Below are positions 1-8,603 of a DNA stretch of 33,129 nucleotides, piece after piece (positions within the stretch are counted from its first letter, which is position 1; each line of letters starts with the position of its first letter). The stretch spans positions 1 to 33,129 of the forward strand of contig DATHNF010000079.1 of assembly GCA_035486285.1 (NCBI GenBank), given 5' to 3'. Made by a program: the position numbers and the translations under genes. The notes below the pieces were generated by a model. The model did not search any database. It was given only the letters and a program-made list of their open reading frames with translations, and was not told the DNA's origin. Source of the DNA: Verrucomicrobiia bacterium. Lineage in GTDB: Bacteria > Patescibacteriota > Saccharimonadia > Saccharimonadales > UBA4665.

Positions 1-445
1 AGCGCAAACTCTCGGGCTGACTAACCGTCAGTTCTCGCTGGTCACCGGCAGTTGCTTTGATATGAATGGTTAGGCGCTCGCTGGGCAATACATCCTGGAC
101 AATGTCGCCCCATTCTATAGCTACCGCTGTCCCCGGTTCAGCTAGAATTTCTGCCAGCTCGTCACGTATAATACCTGGCTCTGACAAACGGTAGAAATCA
201 AAGTGATGAAGCACCAGTTTGTCGCCCTGATATTGATTATTGAGCGTAAAACTTGGGCTGCGTACTAGATCAGAACTGCCCATACCGGCAGCCAGACCAC
301 GCACGAATGTCGTCTTGCCGCCGCCGAGGTCACTTACCAATTCAATGACTTCACCGCCGCGCATATTACGTCCTATCTGCTCAGCGAGCTCTAAGGTGTC
401 GCCTAAGCCGGTGGATTCGATTCGCCAAGTCCGTGCGGTATTCAT
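1..445 (-). CDS. tsaE: t6A tRNA-modification ATPase TsaE/YjeE; 3' end runs off the window
   Basis: My own translation from ATG at 445: MNTARTWRIESTGLGDTLELAEQIGRNMRGGEVIELVSDLGGGKTTFVRGLAAGMGS...LHHFDFYRL...AIEWGD. The P-loop GGGKTT and the FDFYRL/EWG motifs are typical of TsaE. It is absent from the ORF track because no stop codon lies inside the window. Confidence 0.85.
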   Translation of the reverse strand, partial: MNTARTWRIESTGLGDTLELAEQIGRNMRGGEVIELVSDLGGGKTTFVRGLAAGMGSSDLVRSPSFTLNNQYQGDKLVLHHFDFYRLSEPGIIRDELAEILAEPGTAVAIEWGDIVQDVLPSERLTIHIKATAGDQRELTVSQPESLR

Positions 446-1808
446 ATACCCCGTATAGTAGCGCGAGGCCAGCAACCAGAGCAAGTGTCCAGGGGTGGAT
501 AGGCGTGATAGGCACGGTATCCGAACTGGCATTGGTACTGTCCAGAGATTTGGTCTTGAGGGTTTTGGCTTTTTGGGCGATGCCTTTGGCGGTCTTTGTT
601 TTGGAGCTACCGGACTTGGCTGAAGTTTTGCTGCTGGCAATCGGCTGATGGATAACGTTAGCCGCGCCAGGTGTTGGAGAAGTCGTCCAATACCACTTGC
701 CATTGGCCAGGTCCCAGCTCTGGCCGTCTTTGGCCGTACTGTAGACATCACTAGTTGCGACAGCAGTACCAAATGGATCAAGCAATTTGGCTTGACCGCC
801 GGTGTTACTGAGACTGAGGTGCGTATCAGCCGAGTAAAAAGCAGTGAAGCTTCGAGCCGGCAAACTAGTACCGTTCGGGAACGTGAAGCTGTGCAGAGTC
901 GTTGTGCCCACCTGCAGGCCGAAACCACCCAGATCAAAACTAACCGTATTAGGGTTATACAATTCAATAAACTCATCGCTGGCATCGTTACCAGTACCAT
1001 CCGGGTTTGGTAATACTTCGGTAATCTCCGGTGCCATGAGGCCGATATCACTGAGCGGTAGGCCAATTACGTTAGAGGTAGCCTGATCATCACCTCCAAG
1101 TTCAGCAATAGTCGCCGGCGGCTCAGTGCCAGGCAACAGCTGGCTGAGACCAGTCGGAATACTTACCGTACCGCCTGAACTACTACTAACCAAGTTACAG
1201 GCATTGCCAGTATCCGGCTGGACGGTTTGCCAAGTCCCGGCACCCGGGGCACTAATTGCCGGGTTGTTTTGCGTGTCGACCGGTTGGCGCTGCAGAAAAG
1301 CGTTTGTGCTGCTTGGCAATGTTTGGACGCCGCTAGCAGCCGTTTTGGACCAGCCAATATAGTCCTGTAGGGTTGGGGTAACAGAGTTGCCGGGATTTGA
1401 TTGGTTGAAGGCTAGAACCTCTATCATTCCCGCGGTACTGGAGAAGTCCAGCGAAACCGAGTCAACAGTTAGTTGATAGCACAGCAAAAGCGCACCATCA
1501 TTAACCATGAAATAGCCATGCGGCGGCAGCATGCCCGACAGGCTAACCAGCTTGCTGCTGGTCGCCTTGGTCAGGTCATAGCTGTTGAAATATTCCAACT
1601 CGTACTTGCTCATGTCCAGCGCGGTCTGGCCAGCGTTGTAGAGCGTAACGAACTGGCCATTGCTGCTGGTTACTTTGACCTGGCTAATGACGAGGGAAGG
1701 AGCATTAGTCGGATCTGCCCGAGCAATTAACGGCGCGTTGACAGTGAGCAGAGTCGCCAACAGAATTGCCGTTATGGTGGAGTGGAATATTATTTGGGTC
1801 CGCCGCAT
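381..1808 (-). CDS. secreted, C-terminally anchored surface protein with two lamin-tail-like (LTD) domains
   Basis: Track ORF 381..1874. I prefer ATG 1808, which gives a signal peptide (MRRTQIIFHSTITAILLATLLTVNAPLIARA). Two LTD-like segments: VISQVKV..GQFVTLYNAGQTALDMSKYEL and ITEVLPNPDG..DEFIELYNPNTVSFDLGGFGL. A K/S-rich linker and a C-terminal TM helix (WTLALVAGLALLYGVY) follow. The 3' end overlaps the tsaE start by 65 nt. Confidence 0.7.
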   Translation of the reverse strand: MRRTQIIFHSTITAILLATLLTVNAPLIARADPTNAPSLVISQVKVTSSNGQFVTLYNAGQTALDMSKYELEYFNSYDLTKATSSKLVSLSGMLPPHGYFMVNDGALLLCYQLTVDSVSLDFSSTAGMIEVLAFNQSNPGNSVTPTLQDYIGWSKTAASGVQTLPSSTNAFLQRQPVDTQNNPAISAPGAGTWQTVQPDTGNACNLVSSSSGGTVSIPTGLSQLLPGTEPPATIAELGGDDQATSNVIGLPLSDIGLMAPEITEVLPNPDGTGNDASDEFIELYNPNTVSFDLGGFGLQVGTTTLHSFTFPNGTSLPARSFTAFYSADTHLSLSNTGGQAKLLDPFGTAVATSDVYSTAKDGQSWDLANGKWYWTTSPTPGAANVIHQPIASSKTSAKSGSSKTKTAKGIAQKAKTLKTKSLDSTNASSDTVPITPIHPWTLALVAGLALLYGVYEYRTDLANRIHRLRRHLRAR

Positions 1809-1962
1809 AGTAGGCCGGATTGTACGGGCCAGTCGCGCAGAGACGCAAGCACTAGCGTTTAGATAGTACTCCAAACCTTAAATTAGTTAAGATTTCCCTC
1901 TTAATAAACTGATACTGACAGGCAGGCTTTATTTACTGTAGCGCCGCGCTATACTTAGAGGT

Positions 1963-2478
1963 ATGCTACAACTTAGTGCTCGCTTACTTGATAAATCCGT
2001 ACTGTCGCTGCGTACTGGCACGCCGATCGCCACGATAACAGGCCCGATAATCAATCCTGATACTCTAAAGATCGAAGGCTTCTACTGTCAGGACCGTTTC
2101 GACAAGAAACAACTCGTGCTGCTATATCAGGACATCCGCGATATGTTGCCGCAAGGTTATGTGGTTAATGATCACGATGTGCTGGCTGAGCCTCACGAAC
2201 TTGTCAGATTAAGTAAAGTACTGGAGCTTAACTTCGAGCTCATTGGTAAGCAGGTAGTTACTGTCGGCAAGGATAAGGTTGGTAAGGTTGGTGACTATGC
2301 TACCGAGACCGAAACGATGTTTATCCAAAAAATTTACGTTACCCAGTCAATCCTCAAGAGCCTGACTGGCGGGTCGCTCAGTATTGACCGTACACAAATC
2401 AACGAAGTCACGCCGCGGCGTATTATTATTAATGAGTTGAGCAAGAAAGCGCCGGCAGCGGCGGCCGTTGCTGCCTGA
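1963..2478 (+). CDS. PRC-barrel domain protein (two PRC-like halves)
   Basis: 171-aa ORF. LLDKSVLSLRTGTPIATITGPIINPDTLKIEGFYCQD and LIGKQVVTVGKDKVGKVGDYATETETMFIQKIYV resemble PRC-barrel repeats. TATACT lies 7 nt upstream of the ATG. Confidence 0.6.
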   Translation: MLQLSARLLDKSVLSLRTGTPIATITGPIINPDTLKIEGFYCQDRFDKKQLVLLYQDIRDMLPQGYVVNDHDVLAEPHELVRLSKVLELNFELIGKQVVTVGKDKVGKVGDYATETETMFIQKIYVTQSILKSLTGGSLSIDRTQINEVTPRRIIINELSKKAPAAAAVAA

Positions 2479-2525
2479 AGCTAGGCTTTTTACTATATAT
2501 TCTAACTCCTTGGGCGTTTACGTTT

Positions 2526-2610
2526 CCCCGTCATCCTGAGTCTGTTTCAGGGTAATCCAGACAGTAAAGTGAGTTCGCGTGGGTCGTGAAACTAGTTCAG
2601 GATGACGGGG
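2526..2610. repeat. 85-nt palindromic element between convergent genes (14-bp perfect arms, structured 57-nt loop)
   Basis: ccccgtcatcctga (2526-2539) is the exact reverse complement of tcaggatgacgggg (2597-2610). An inner hairpin gtctg/cagac sits at 2540-2562. There is no flanking T-tract. The arm sequence GTCATCC..AACTAG..TTT resembles the ends of the element at 12780-13110. Confidence 0.7.
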
Positions 2611-2618
2611 AGTGCGGG

Positions 2619-3221
2619 CTAGCCGTCAACCTGGAGCGCTGATTTAATATCGCCGTAGCTGAAGCCTTGGCGAGCAAGGTACTGCATGAGCTTTAGGTCA
2701 TCTTGATACTTGGCTTGTCGGCGCTTGCGCTCAATGATAGCTTGCAAGGCAGTCTGCTCCTCTTGCTCATCATTGCCTACTACTCTTTCGATAATATTAC
2801 TCGGCACGTGTTTTTGGCGAAGACCGGCAATTATTTTGCGACGCGAAGCAGGGCGGAGCAAACGACGATCGTTAACAAAGGCTTGCGCAAACTTCTCATC
2901 ATTAACTAAATCAATGATACTTAGCTTGTTAAGTATCATTTCTACCAGGGGAGGGGAGGCTTCTTTGCGCTGCAAATAGGTTTCAATTTCCCACTGCGTA
3001 CGCGGCCGCATAGCCACATAGCGTAATACTTGATTATAGAGCTTGTCCTCATTGGACAGCTTCTTATACTCCCCGAGTTGGGCTTTGCTTAATTCCTGTC
3101 CGCTGGCTAGTTTACTCTCGAGCAGCGCGCTCTCGCCCAAAGAAAACGAGTATCTCCCATCCACGAAGATAGAATACCGCCCTGTCCGCTTAACCTGTTG
3201 CTTGATACTGGTAACCTTCAT
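2619..3221 (-). CDS. recX: RecA regulator RecX
   Basis: 200 aa. The N-terminus YSIFVDGRYSFSL and three-helix repeats (YVAMRPRTQWEIETYL, FVNDRRLLRPASRRKIIAGLRQKHV, YLARQGFSYGDI) are typical of RecX. It lies downstream of recA. Confidence 0.85.
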   Translation of the reverse strand: MKVTSIKQQVKRTGRYSIFVDGRYSFSLGESALLESKLASGQELSKAQLGEYKKLSNEDKLYNQVLRYVAMRPRTQWEIETYLQRKEASPPLVEMILNKLSIIDLVNDEKFAQAFVNDRRLLRPASRRKIIAGLRQKHVPSNIIERVVGNDEQEEQTALQAIIERKRRQAKYQDDLKLMQYLARQGFSYGDIKSALQVDG

Positions 3222-3237
3222 GGACGCCCCCGAATGA

Positions 3238-4005
3238 TCAGGCAGCTCTGCCCTGAAGGACGAGCGGCTCTTCTTTGGTCAAGGGCTCTTCTAGTTCGGC
3301 AGCCGCGCTGCCCGCGGGAGTCACTGGATAGCGTGGTTCGCGATCACCACCCGGACCGGGCCCATCATTATCATCGCTGCCCTCTTCATAGTCCGTACCA
3401 TGCCCATCGTTTCCTTGCCGTTCTTGTATGATTACATCGCCCGTTGCCGAATTATAAGCCAACTCGTAGCGCTGCGGGGACTTGTTAGGCCCACAGACAA
3501 CGCGTATCTTGCCGTCTTCAGGAAGTAGGAACAAATTAACTTGATAGCCTGAACGCCACACAGCACCGTGAGACTCTAAGCGCCGGGTCTCGTGTCCCAG
3601 CCCTGCTACTAGTTTCGTTACAGTGAAGTCGGGCCGTTCGACTATACCGATTAAGGCTGCCCGGCCAATTGATGTAGCACTTGGTGCCGCAATTGTCTTT
3701 TGGGCTTCTGGCGGGAAGAGCGCGTAGCCTACGTCGGTCTCTCGGGCTGGTATGGATCCAAAATATAGCCGTTCATTTATTACGGGAGGAGAATTGGCTT
3801 CGTCAAGCCCAAGACATAGTTCAGGATGGCCACTTGGCTCCAACGAAAAAGAACCGGGATAGTCAAGCTCGTTTTGGGGGTCTACATAGTGAGTTGTGTC
3901 TACGCCGCCTACAGCAACACCGGCAATAGCCTCCAGCCGGTCATTTGCAAACCATACTTGGAAGGCATCAACGTTAAGCCTAGAGCTAGTCTCTGGTGAT
4001 GTCAT
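3238..4005 (-). CDS. hypothetical protein (255 aa) between recA and recX, with an acidic G/P/D-rich C-terminal tail
   Basis: Long ORF in the operon orientation, 32 nt after the recA stop and 16 nt before the recX start. I recognise no motif and see no obvious SD. Confidence 0.65.
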   Translation of the reverse strand: MTSPETSSRLNVDAFQVWFANDRLEAIAGVAVGGVDTTHYVDPQNELDYPGSFSLEPSGHPELCLGLDEANSPPVINERLYFGSIPARETDVGYALFPPEAQKTIAAPSATSIGRAALIGIVERPDFTVTKLVAGLGHETRRLESHGAVWRSGYQVNLFLLPEDGKIRVVCGPNKSPQRYELAYNSATGDVIIQERQGNDGHGTDYEEGSDDNDGPGPGGDREPRYPVTPAGSAAAELEEPLTKEEPLVLQGRAA

Positions 4006-4037
4006 GGTTTAGAAATATACCATAATTAAAGTTTTCG

Positions 4038-5083
4038 TCAAACGCTTGGTACTTCGGCGGCCCGGACTTTGGCCGCGATTTCTTCCATGACTTTCGGGTT
4101 ATCCTGCAGGTATTTCTTAGTGGCTTCGCGGCCTTGGCCAATCTTTTGGCCATTGTAGGCATACCAGGCGCCGGACTTTTCGACGATGTCAGCGGCAGCG
4201 GCCAGGTCGAGGATGTCGCCGGCTTTACTGATGCCTTCGTTGTACATGATGTCGAATTCGGCTTGGCGGAAGGGTGGCGCGACCTTATTCTTGACGACTT
4301 TGACACGGGTACGGTTGCCGATGACCTCCTCGCCCTGTTTGATCTGGCCAATACGACGAATGTCCATGCGTACCGAGGCATAGAACTTGAGGGCATTACC
4401 GCCCGTGGTAGTCTCTGGATTGCCGAACATGACACCAATCTTCATGCGAATCTGGTTAATGAAAATGACGGTGCCTTTGCTGCGGTTAATAACACCAGTC
4501 AGCTTACGCAGGGCCTGCTCATGAGCCGAGCTTGCAGGCCAGGCAACGAATCACCCATATCACCTTCGATTTCGGCGCGCGGCACTAGGGCGGCTACGGA
4601 ATCCACCACAATTAGGTCTACGGCGTTGCTGCGAACTAGTGTTTCGACAATCTCTAAAGCCTGCTCGCCATTATCGGGTTGGCTAAGTAGTAGGTTTTCG
4701 ACATCAACGCCAATGCGCTTGGCATAGGCAGGATCAAGCGCGTGCTCGGCATCGATGAAAGCGGCTGTGCCACCAGCCCGCTGTACTTCGGCAATAGCAT
4801 GCAATGTCAATGTGGTTTTGCCAGAGCTCTCTGGGCCGTAGATTTCTACCACCCGGCCCCTGGGAATACCACCACCGAGTGCCATATCGAGACTCAGGGC
4901 GCCGGTTGGAGTGGTTTCTACCGCTGTGGCATGGGCATCACCGAGCTTCATGATGGAACCCTTGCCGAACTGCTTCTCGATGGTTTCCAGTGCCAGGCCT
5001 AGCGCCTTGGTCTTGCCTTGGGCATTTGCCTCGTCAGAGCTTTGGGTCGCTTGTTTAGTCTTCGTTGCCTTGCTATCTGCCAT
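4038..5083 (-). pseudogene. recA: recA interrupted by a single-nucleotide frame break
   Basis: ORF 4499..5083 encodes RecA residues up to ...[20 protein letters not shown], then RPCVS-stop. ORF 4038..4445 and its upstream open frame encode [50 protein letters not shown]... to the natural C-terminus. Inserting one nt at about 4516-4518 (ATGAG-CAGGCC) restores a 348-aa RecA. 1046 nt + 1 = 349 codons. Confidence 0.9.
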
Positions 5084-5318
5084 GTATCCTCCTCGGTCGG
5101 TTATGCTGTCTCGATTATACTTTTACTATATTTTAGCACTATAGGCGAGTAGTCGCGGTATGGAAATTGCTTGCGTTTAAACAAGCGGCTTTTGGAACTA
5201 CATTTAATATGAATTTAACTAATGAGGCCCTCAAGCCGCTTACGTTTTCACCCCCGGTCTGCTAGAATGGGCCGCAGATGGGTGGACGTAATTTAGCAGT
5301 GCCCGCGGGATTTATATC

Positions 5319-7118
5319 ATGCTCATACCTGATTCGTTAGTCGAAAAACTAGTTACCAAAAATGGAAAGCTCACCAAGGAGCAACTCGCTAATCTGCGCG
5401 AGCAAGAAAAGACTGACAAAAAACCGCTGCAAGACCTGGTGATCAAGAATAATTTGTTGAGTGAGAAGGACCTGACCAAGTTCTACGCCGACGAAATTGA
5501 AGTACCCTTCATCGAGCTCAACGCCCGCGAGATAAAGCACGACGTGCTCAAACAGCTGCCGGAACGCATTGCCCGGCAGTATAACGCCGTAGTCTTCGAC
5601 ATTGACGAAGCCGGCGATAAGTTGGTAGCCATGGAGGACCCCGACGATATCCAGGCCCTGAACTTCCTGCACAAACAGCTGGGCGCTAATCTTAAGGTAT
5701 ACATTACTCCCAGCAGCCTGTTGCAGGCGACGCTCGACCAATACCGGGGGAATATTAGTAGCGAGCTGACGAAGGTTATCGCCAGTGAAGACGAAGCCGA
5801 AGATAGCGAAGAGATCGACGAGAGTGATTTGGCTGAGGATTCGCCCATCGCTCAAACGGTCAATATTATCATTGAGTACGGCGTCAAAGCCGGAGCCAGC
5901 GACATCCATATTGAGCCGCGCGAGAATTTCGTGGTAGTACGCTATCGTATCGACGGGTTGCTGCGAGAAGCTAATAAATTACCGCGCAAGTTACTCGGCG
6001 CCCTGACCAGTCGTATCAAGATTCTCAGCAACTTAAAGATTGACGAGCACCGGGCGCCGCAAGACGGGCGTTTCAAGGTTGAAGTCAATGGCCAGGTATA
6101 CGCTCTGCGCGTATCAACGCTGCCGATTCTAGACGGCGAAAAAGTGGCGATGCGAATACTGAACGAGTCTAGTAAACCAGCTGACTTCACGGAGCTTGGT
6201 TTCTGGGGAACGGCGCTGGCTGCCTTGCAGCACGCTATTGTGCAGCCCCACGGCATGATACTGGTAACTGGTCCGACTGGTTCTGGTAAGTCAACGACGC
6301 TGTTCAGCGTTCTTAGTTCGCTCAACACTCCGAATGTAAATATTTCAACCGTAGAAGATCCAATAGAGTATCACGTGATTGGCGCCAACCAGACGCAGGT
6401 TAATCCGGTTGCCGGTATGACATTTACGAATGGTCTGCGCGCCTTACTGCGGCAAGATCCTAATATCATCATGATTGGCGAAATCCGTGACGGTGAGACG
6501 GCTGATTTGGCCGTTCAGGCGGCACTGACCGGTCACCTGGTTTTTAGCACACTCCACACCAACAACGCCGCTACCTGTCTGCCCCGCCTGTTGGATATGG
6601 GGGTCGAACCGTTCCTGATTGCTAGCACCGTACGTCTGGTAATAGCCCAGCGCTTAGTACGGCGGTTATGCGTAGATTGCCGGGAAGCCATTACTCCGGA
6701 TAGTACTATGCTCAAACAGCTGGATAAAGCCTTCCGCTTGAGCGAAAACGGCGGCAACAAAACTATTCATGAACTTGAACTGGCGGCCCAACATGATGGC
6801 ATCGGCAATACCGGCAGTAAGAATACGCCTGACAAGCTCAGCACCAGCCCGACCGCCATTACCCGTTTATGGAAAGCTCACGATGATGGCTGCGATAACT
6901 GTAACCACACCGGCTACAAGGGTCGTATTGGCATTTATGAAACCCTCGAAAGCTCCCCTGCCGTCCAAAAGATGATTGTCGGCAACGCTACTTCCGAAGC
7001 CATAGAGCAGACCGCCATCCAGGAACACATGCTAACCATGCAGCTGGACGGTCTCGTCAAAGCTTTGCGCGGGCAAACCACCATTGAAGAGGTGCTACGG
7101 GCAACCGCTCAGGAATAG
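5319..7118 (+). CDS. pilB: type IV pilus assembly ATPase PilB (GspE family)
   Basis: 599 aa with an N-terminal GspE_N-like domain, Walker A GPTGSGKST, Asp/His boxes (IMIGEIRD, HLVFSTLHTN) and a tetracysteine CVDC...CDNC. Confidence 0.9.
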   Translation: MLIPDSLVEKLVTKNGKLTKEQLANLREQEKTDKKPLQDLVIKNNLLSEKDLTKFYADEIEVPFIELNAREIKHDVLKQLPERIARQYNAVVFDIDEAGDKLVAMEDPDDIQALNFLHKQLGANLKVYITPSSLLQATLDQYRGNISSELTKVIASEDEAEDSEEIDESDLAEDSPIAQTVNIIIEYGVKAGASDIHIEPRENFVVVRYRIDGLLREANKLPRKLLGALTSRIKILSNLKIDEHRAPQDGRFKVEVNGQVYALRVSTLPILDGEKVAMRILNESSKPADFTELGFWGTALAALQHAIVQPHGMILVTGPTGSGKSTTLFSVLSSLNTPNVNISTVEDPIEYHVIGANQTQVNPVAGMTFTNGLRALLRQDPNIIMIGEIRDGETADLAVQAALTGHLVFSTLHTNNAATCLPRLLDMGVEPFLIASTVRLVIAQRLVRRLCVDCREAITPDSTMLKQLDKAFRLSENGGNKTIHELELAAQHDGIGNTGSKNTPDKLSTSPTAITRLWKAHDDGCDNCNHTGYKGRIGIYETLESSPAVQKMIVGNATSEAIEQTAIQEHMLTMQLDGLVKALRGQTTIEEVLRATAQE

Positions 7119-7122
7119 CACC

Positions 7123-8394
7123 ATGCAGTTCACCTACAAAGCCACCACCAAAGAGGGCAAAACCATTTCCGGTAGTGCTGAAGCTGCTAATAAGCAAGCA
7201 CTCGTAGCCCTGCTTCGCAAACAAGGCGTCCACCCACTTCTCATTGAAGCTAACAAAGGCAAGAGCAAAGTAGGCGCCTTATTCGGCCCGAAACGAAAAG
7301 TTAAGCTGAGCGATTTGGTGATCTTCACTCGCCAGCTATCGACAATGATCTCGGCTGGCGTGCCGTTGGTGCGCTCGCTAGCAGCACTACAAGGAGATAG
7401 CGCCAACCCTTATTTCCGGGAGGTGTTGGGAGGGGTTAGTAAGGAAGTTGAAGGTGGTATACCGCTCGGTGACGCCTTCGCCAAGTACCCCAATGTCTTT
7501 TCCGATGTCTATGTCAACATGGTACGGGCTGGCGAAGAAGGCGGCATTCTTGACGAGATTCTTAAACGCTTGGCTACCCAGGTCGAGCAGGATGCTTCGA
7601 TTCGCAAGAAGATTAAGAGCGCCATGATGTACCCGATGGTCATTTTGACCATCACTATCATCGCTTTTTTCGGTATTATGCTGTTCATCGTGCCTAAGCT
7701 GGGCGGCATTCTAACCAGCCTCGACGGCCCGAATGCCAAGTTGCCGGTTTACACGCAAGTACTGCTCAATTTCAGCAACTTTTGCTCTAGGCCGACCATC
7801 ATGAAGCATGTGCCTATTCCTATTATTTCGCACATACCAAACCTGATTCTGATATTGATCGTCTTCATCATAGCCGCCACCTATATATTGCGCTACATCC
7901 GGACACCAACCGGCAAATACAAGTTCCACGCCCTGCTGCTGCGTACCCCAATCGTCAAGGTTATTATTCTCAAGGTGGCCATTGCCCGTTTCTCGCGCAC
8001 CTTTGCTTCGCTGATGGGCGCCGGTGTCAGCGTCCTAGACGCTTTGGACGTCACTGGCGCGGCTATCGGCAACAAAGCCATCGAGGCCGAGCTGAAAGCC
8101 GCCGCCGAGGAGGTCAAGAATGGCAAACAGCTGTCCGAGCCGTTGGGGCGTAGCAAGCATTTCCCGCCAATCGTCTCCCAAATGTTAATGGTTGGCGAAG
8201 AAACTGGCCAAATCGATACCGTGCTGGTTAAGATCGCTGACTTCTACGAAGAAGAAGTCGCCGTGCTGATTGACGGATTGGCAGCCATTATCGAGCCGAT
8301 CATGATTATATTTCTTGGCGCCGGCGTAGGCTTGATCGCTGCCAGCGTCATGGGCCCCATTGCCAATCTTTCCAAGAATATTGGCAGTAACTAG
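7123..8394 (+). CDS. pilC: type IV pilus platform protein PilC (GspF family)
   Basis: Track ORF 7084..8394. ATG 7123 (MQFTYKATTKEGK...) follows the pilB stop by 4 nt. Two GspF repeats are present (FTRQLSTMISAGVPL, FSRTFASLMGAGVSV) with polytopic TM segments. Confidence 0.9.
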   Translation: MQFTYKATTKEGKTISGSAEAANKQALVALLRKQGVHPLLIEANKGKSKVGALFGPKRKVKLSDLVIFTRQLSTMISAGVPLVRSLAALQGDSANPYFREVLGGVSKEVEGGIPLGDAFAKYPNVFSDVYVNMVRAGEEGGILDEILKRLATQVEQDASIRKKIKSAMMYPMVILTITIIAFFGIMLFIVPKLGGILTSLDGPNAKLPVYTQVLLNFSNFCSRPTIMKHVPIPIISHIPNLILILIVFIIAATYILRYIRTPTGKYKFHALLLRTPIVKVIILKVAIARFSRTFASLMGAGVSVLDALDVTGAAIGNKAIEAELKAAAEEVKNGKQLSEPLGRSKHFPPIVSQMLMVGEETGQIDTVLVKIADFYEEEVAVLIDGLAAIIEPIMIIFLGAGVGLIAASVMGPIANLSKNIGSN

Positions 8395-8443
8395 GGTGGA
8401 AGCCAGGAGACAATTCTAGAATTTTAACCCCTAGAACAGGAGG

Positions 8444-8462
8444 CCCCGGGTCAAGCCCGGGG
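8444..8462 (+). terminator. GC hairpin after pilC (weak terminator or attenuator)
   Basis: ccccggg-tcaag-cccgggg followed by only TTT. Confidence 0.35.
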
Positions 8463-8493
8463 TTTCGCTTCGCTCAATTTTCCACAAAAAGTG

Positions 8494-8521
8494 TTGACTG
8501 AGGAACGCTTATGGTTATAAT
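8494..8521 (+). promoter_or_regulatory. sigma70-like promoter of the pilin gene
   Basis: TTGACT (8494-8499), 16 nt spacer, TATAAT (8516-8521). An ~80-nt leader ends in the SD AAGGAGG, 9 nt before ATG 8604. Confidence 0.6.
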
Positions 8522-8603
8522 CATTGCTAGATGCTTGCAATACGCAAGTAATGTTTAGTTAAAAGGCCAATAGTAAAACAATAATCAAGGAGGGTGGGCT
8601 CTC

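Noticed and set aside
4499-4545. Programmed ribosomal frameshift in recA
   Set aside because: There is no slippery heptamer or downstream pseudoknot-like structure at the junction. A simple 1-nt indel (mutation or assembly error) is more parsimonious.
4134-4727. Long antisense or out-of-frame ORFs inside real genes. Examples: 4134..4727 and 3986..4438 in recA, 240..458 in tsaE, 5349..5909 in pilB, 17215..17565 in ruvC, 27384..27845 and 28389..28760 in dnaK, 25240..25992 in dnaJ, 32179..32703 in gmk.
   Set aside because: Each overlaps a gene with unmistakable conserved motifs on the other strand or frame. They are the usual shadow ORFs.
5190-5245. 9-bp inverted repeat aagcggctt ... aagccgctt in the recA/pilB divergent spacer as an SOS-type operator
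   Set aside because: It does not resemble the LexA boxes I know (CTGT-N8-ACAG or GAAC-N4-GTTC), and the arms are about 33 nt apart. It is too weak to call.
7084-7122. N-terminal extensions implied by the ORF track: pilC 7084, LTD protein 1874, CYTH 18217, ruvA 16673, comEC 20292, hrcA 31927, GGDEF 24122.
   Set aside because: These use alternative start codons or run into the preceding gene or promoter. The internal ATGs give canonical N-termini or signal peptides.
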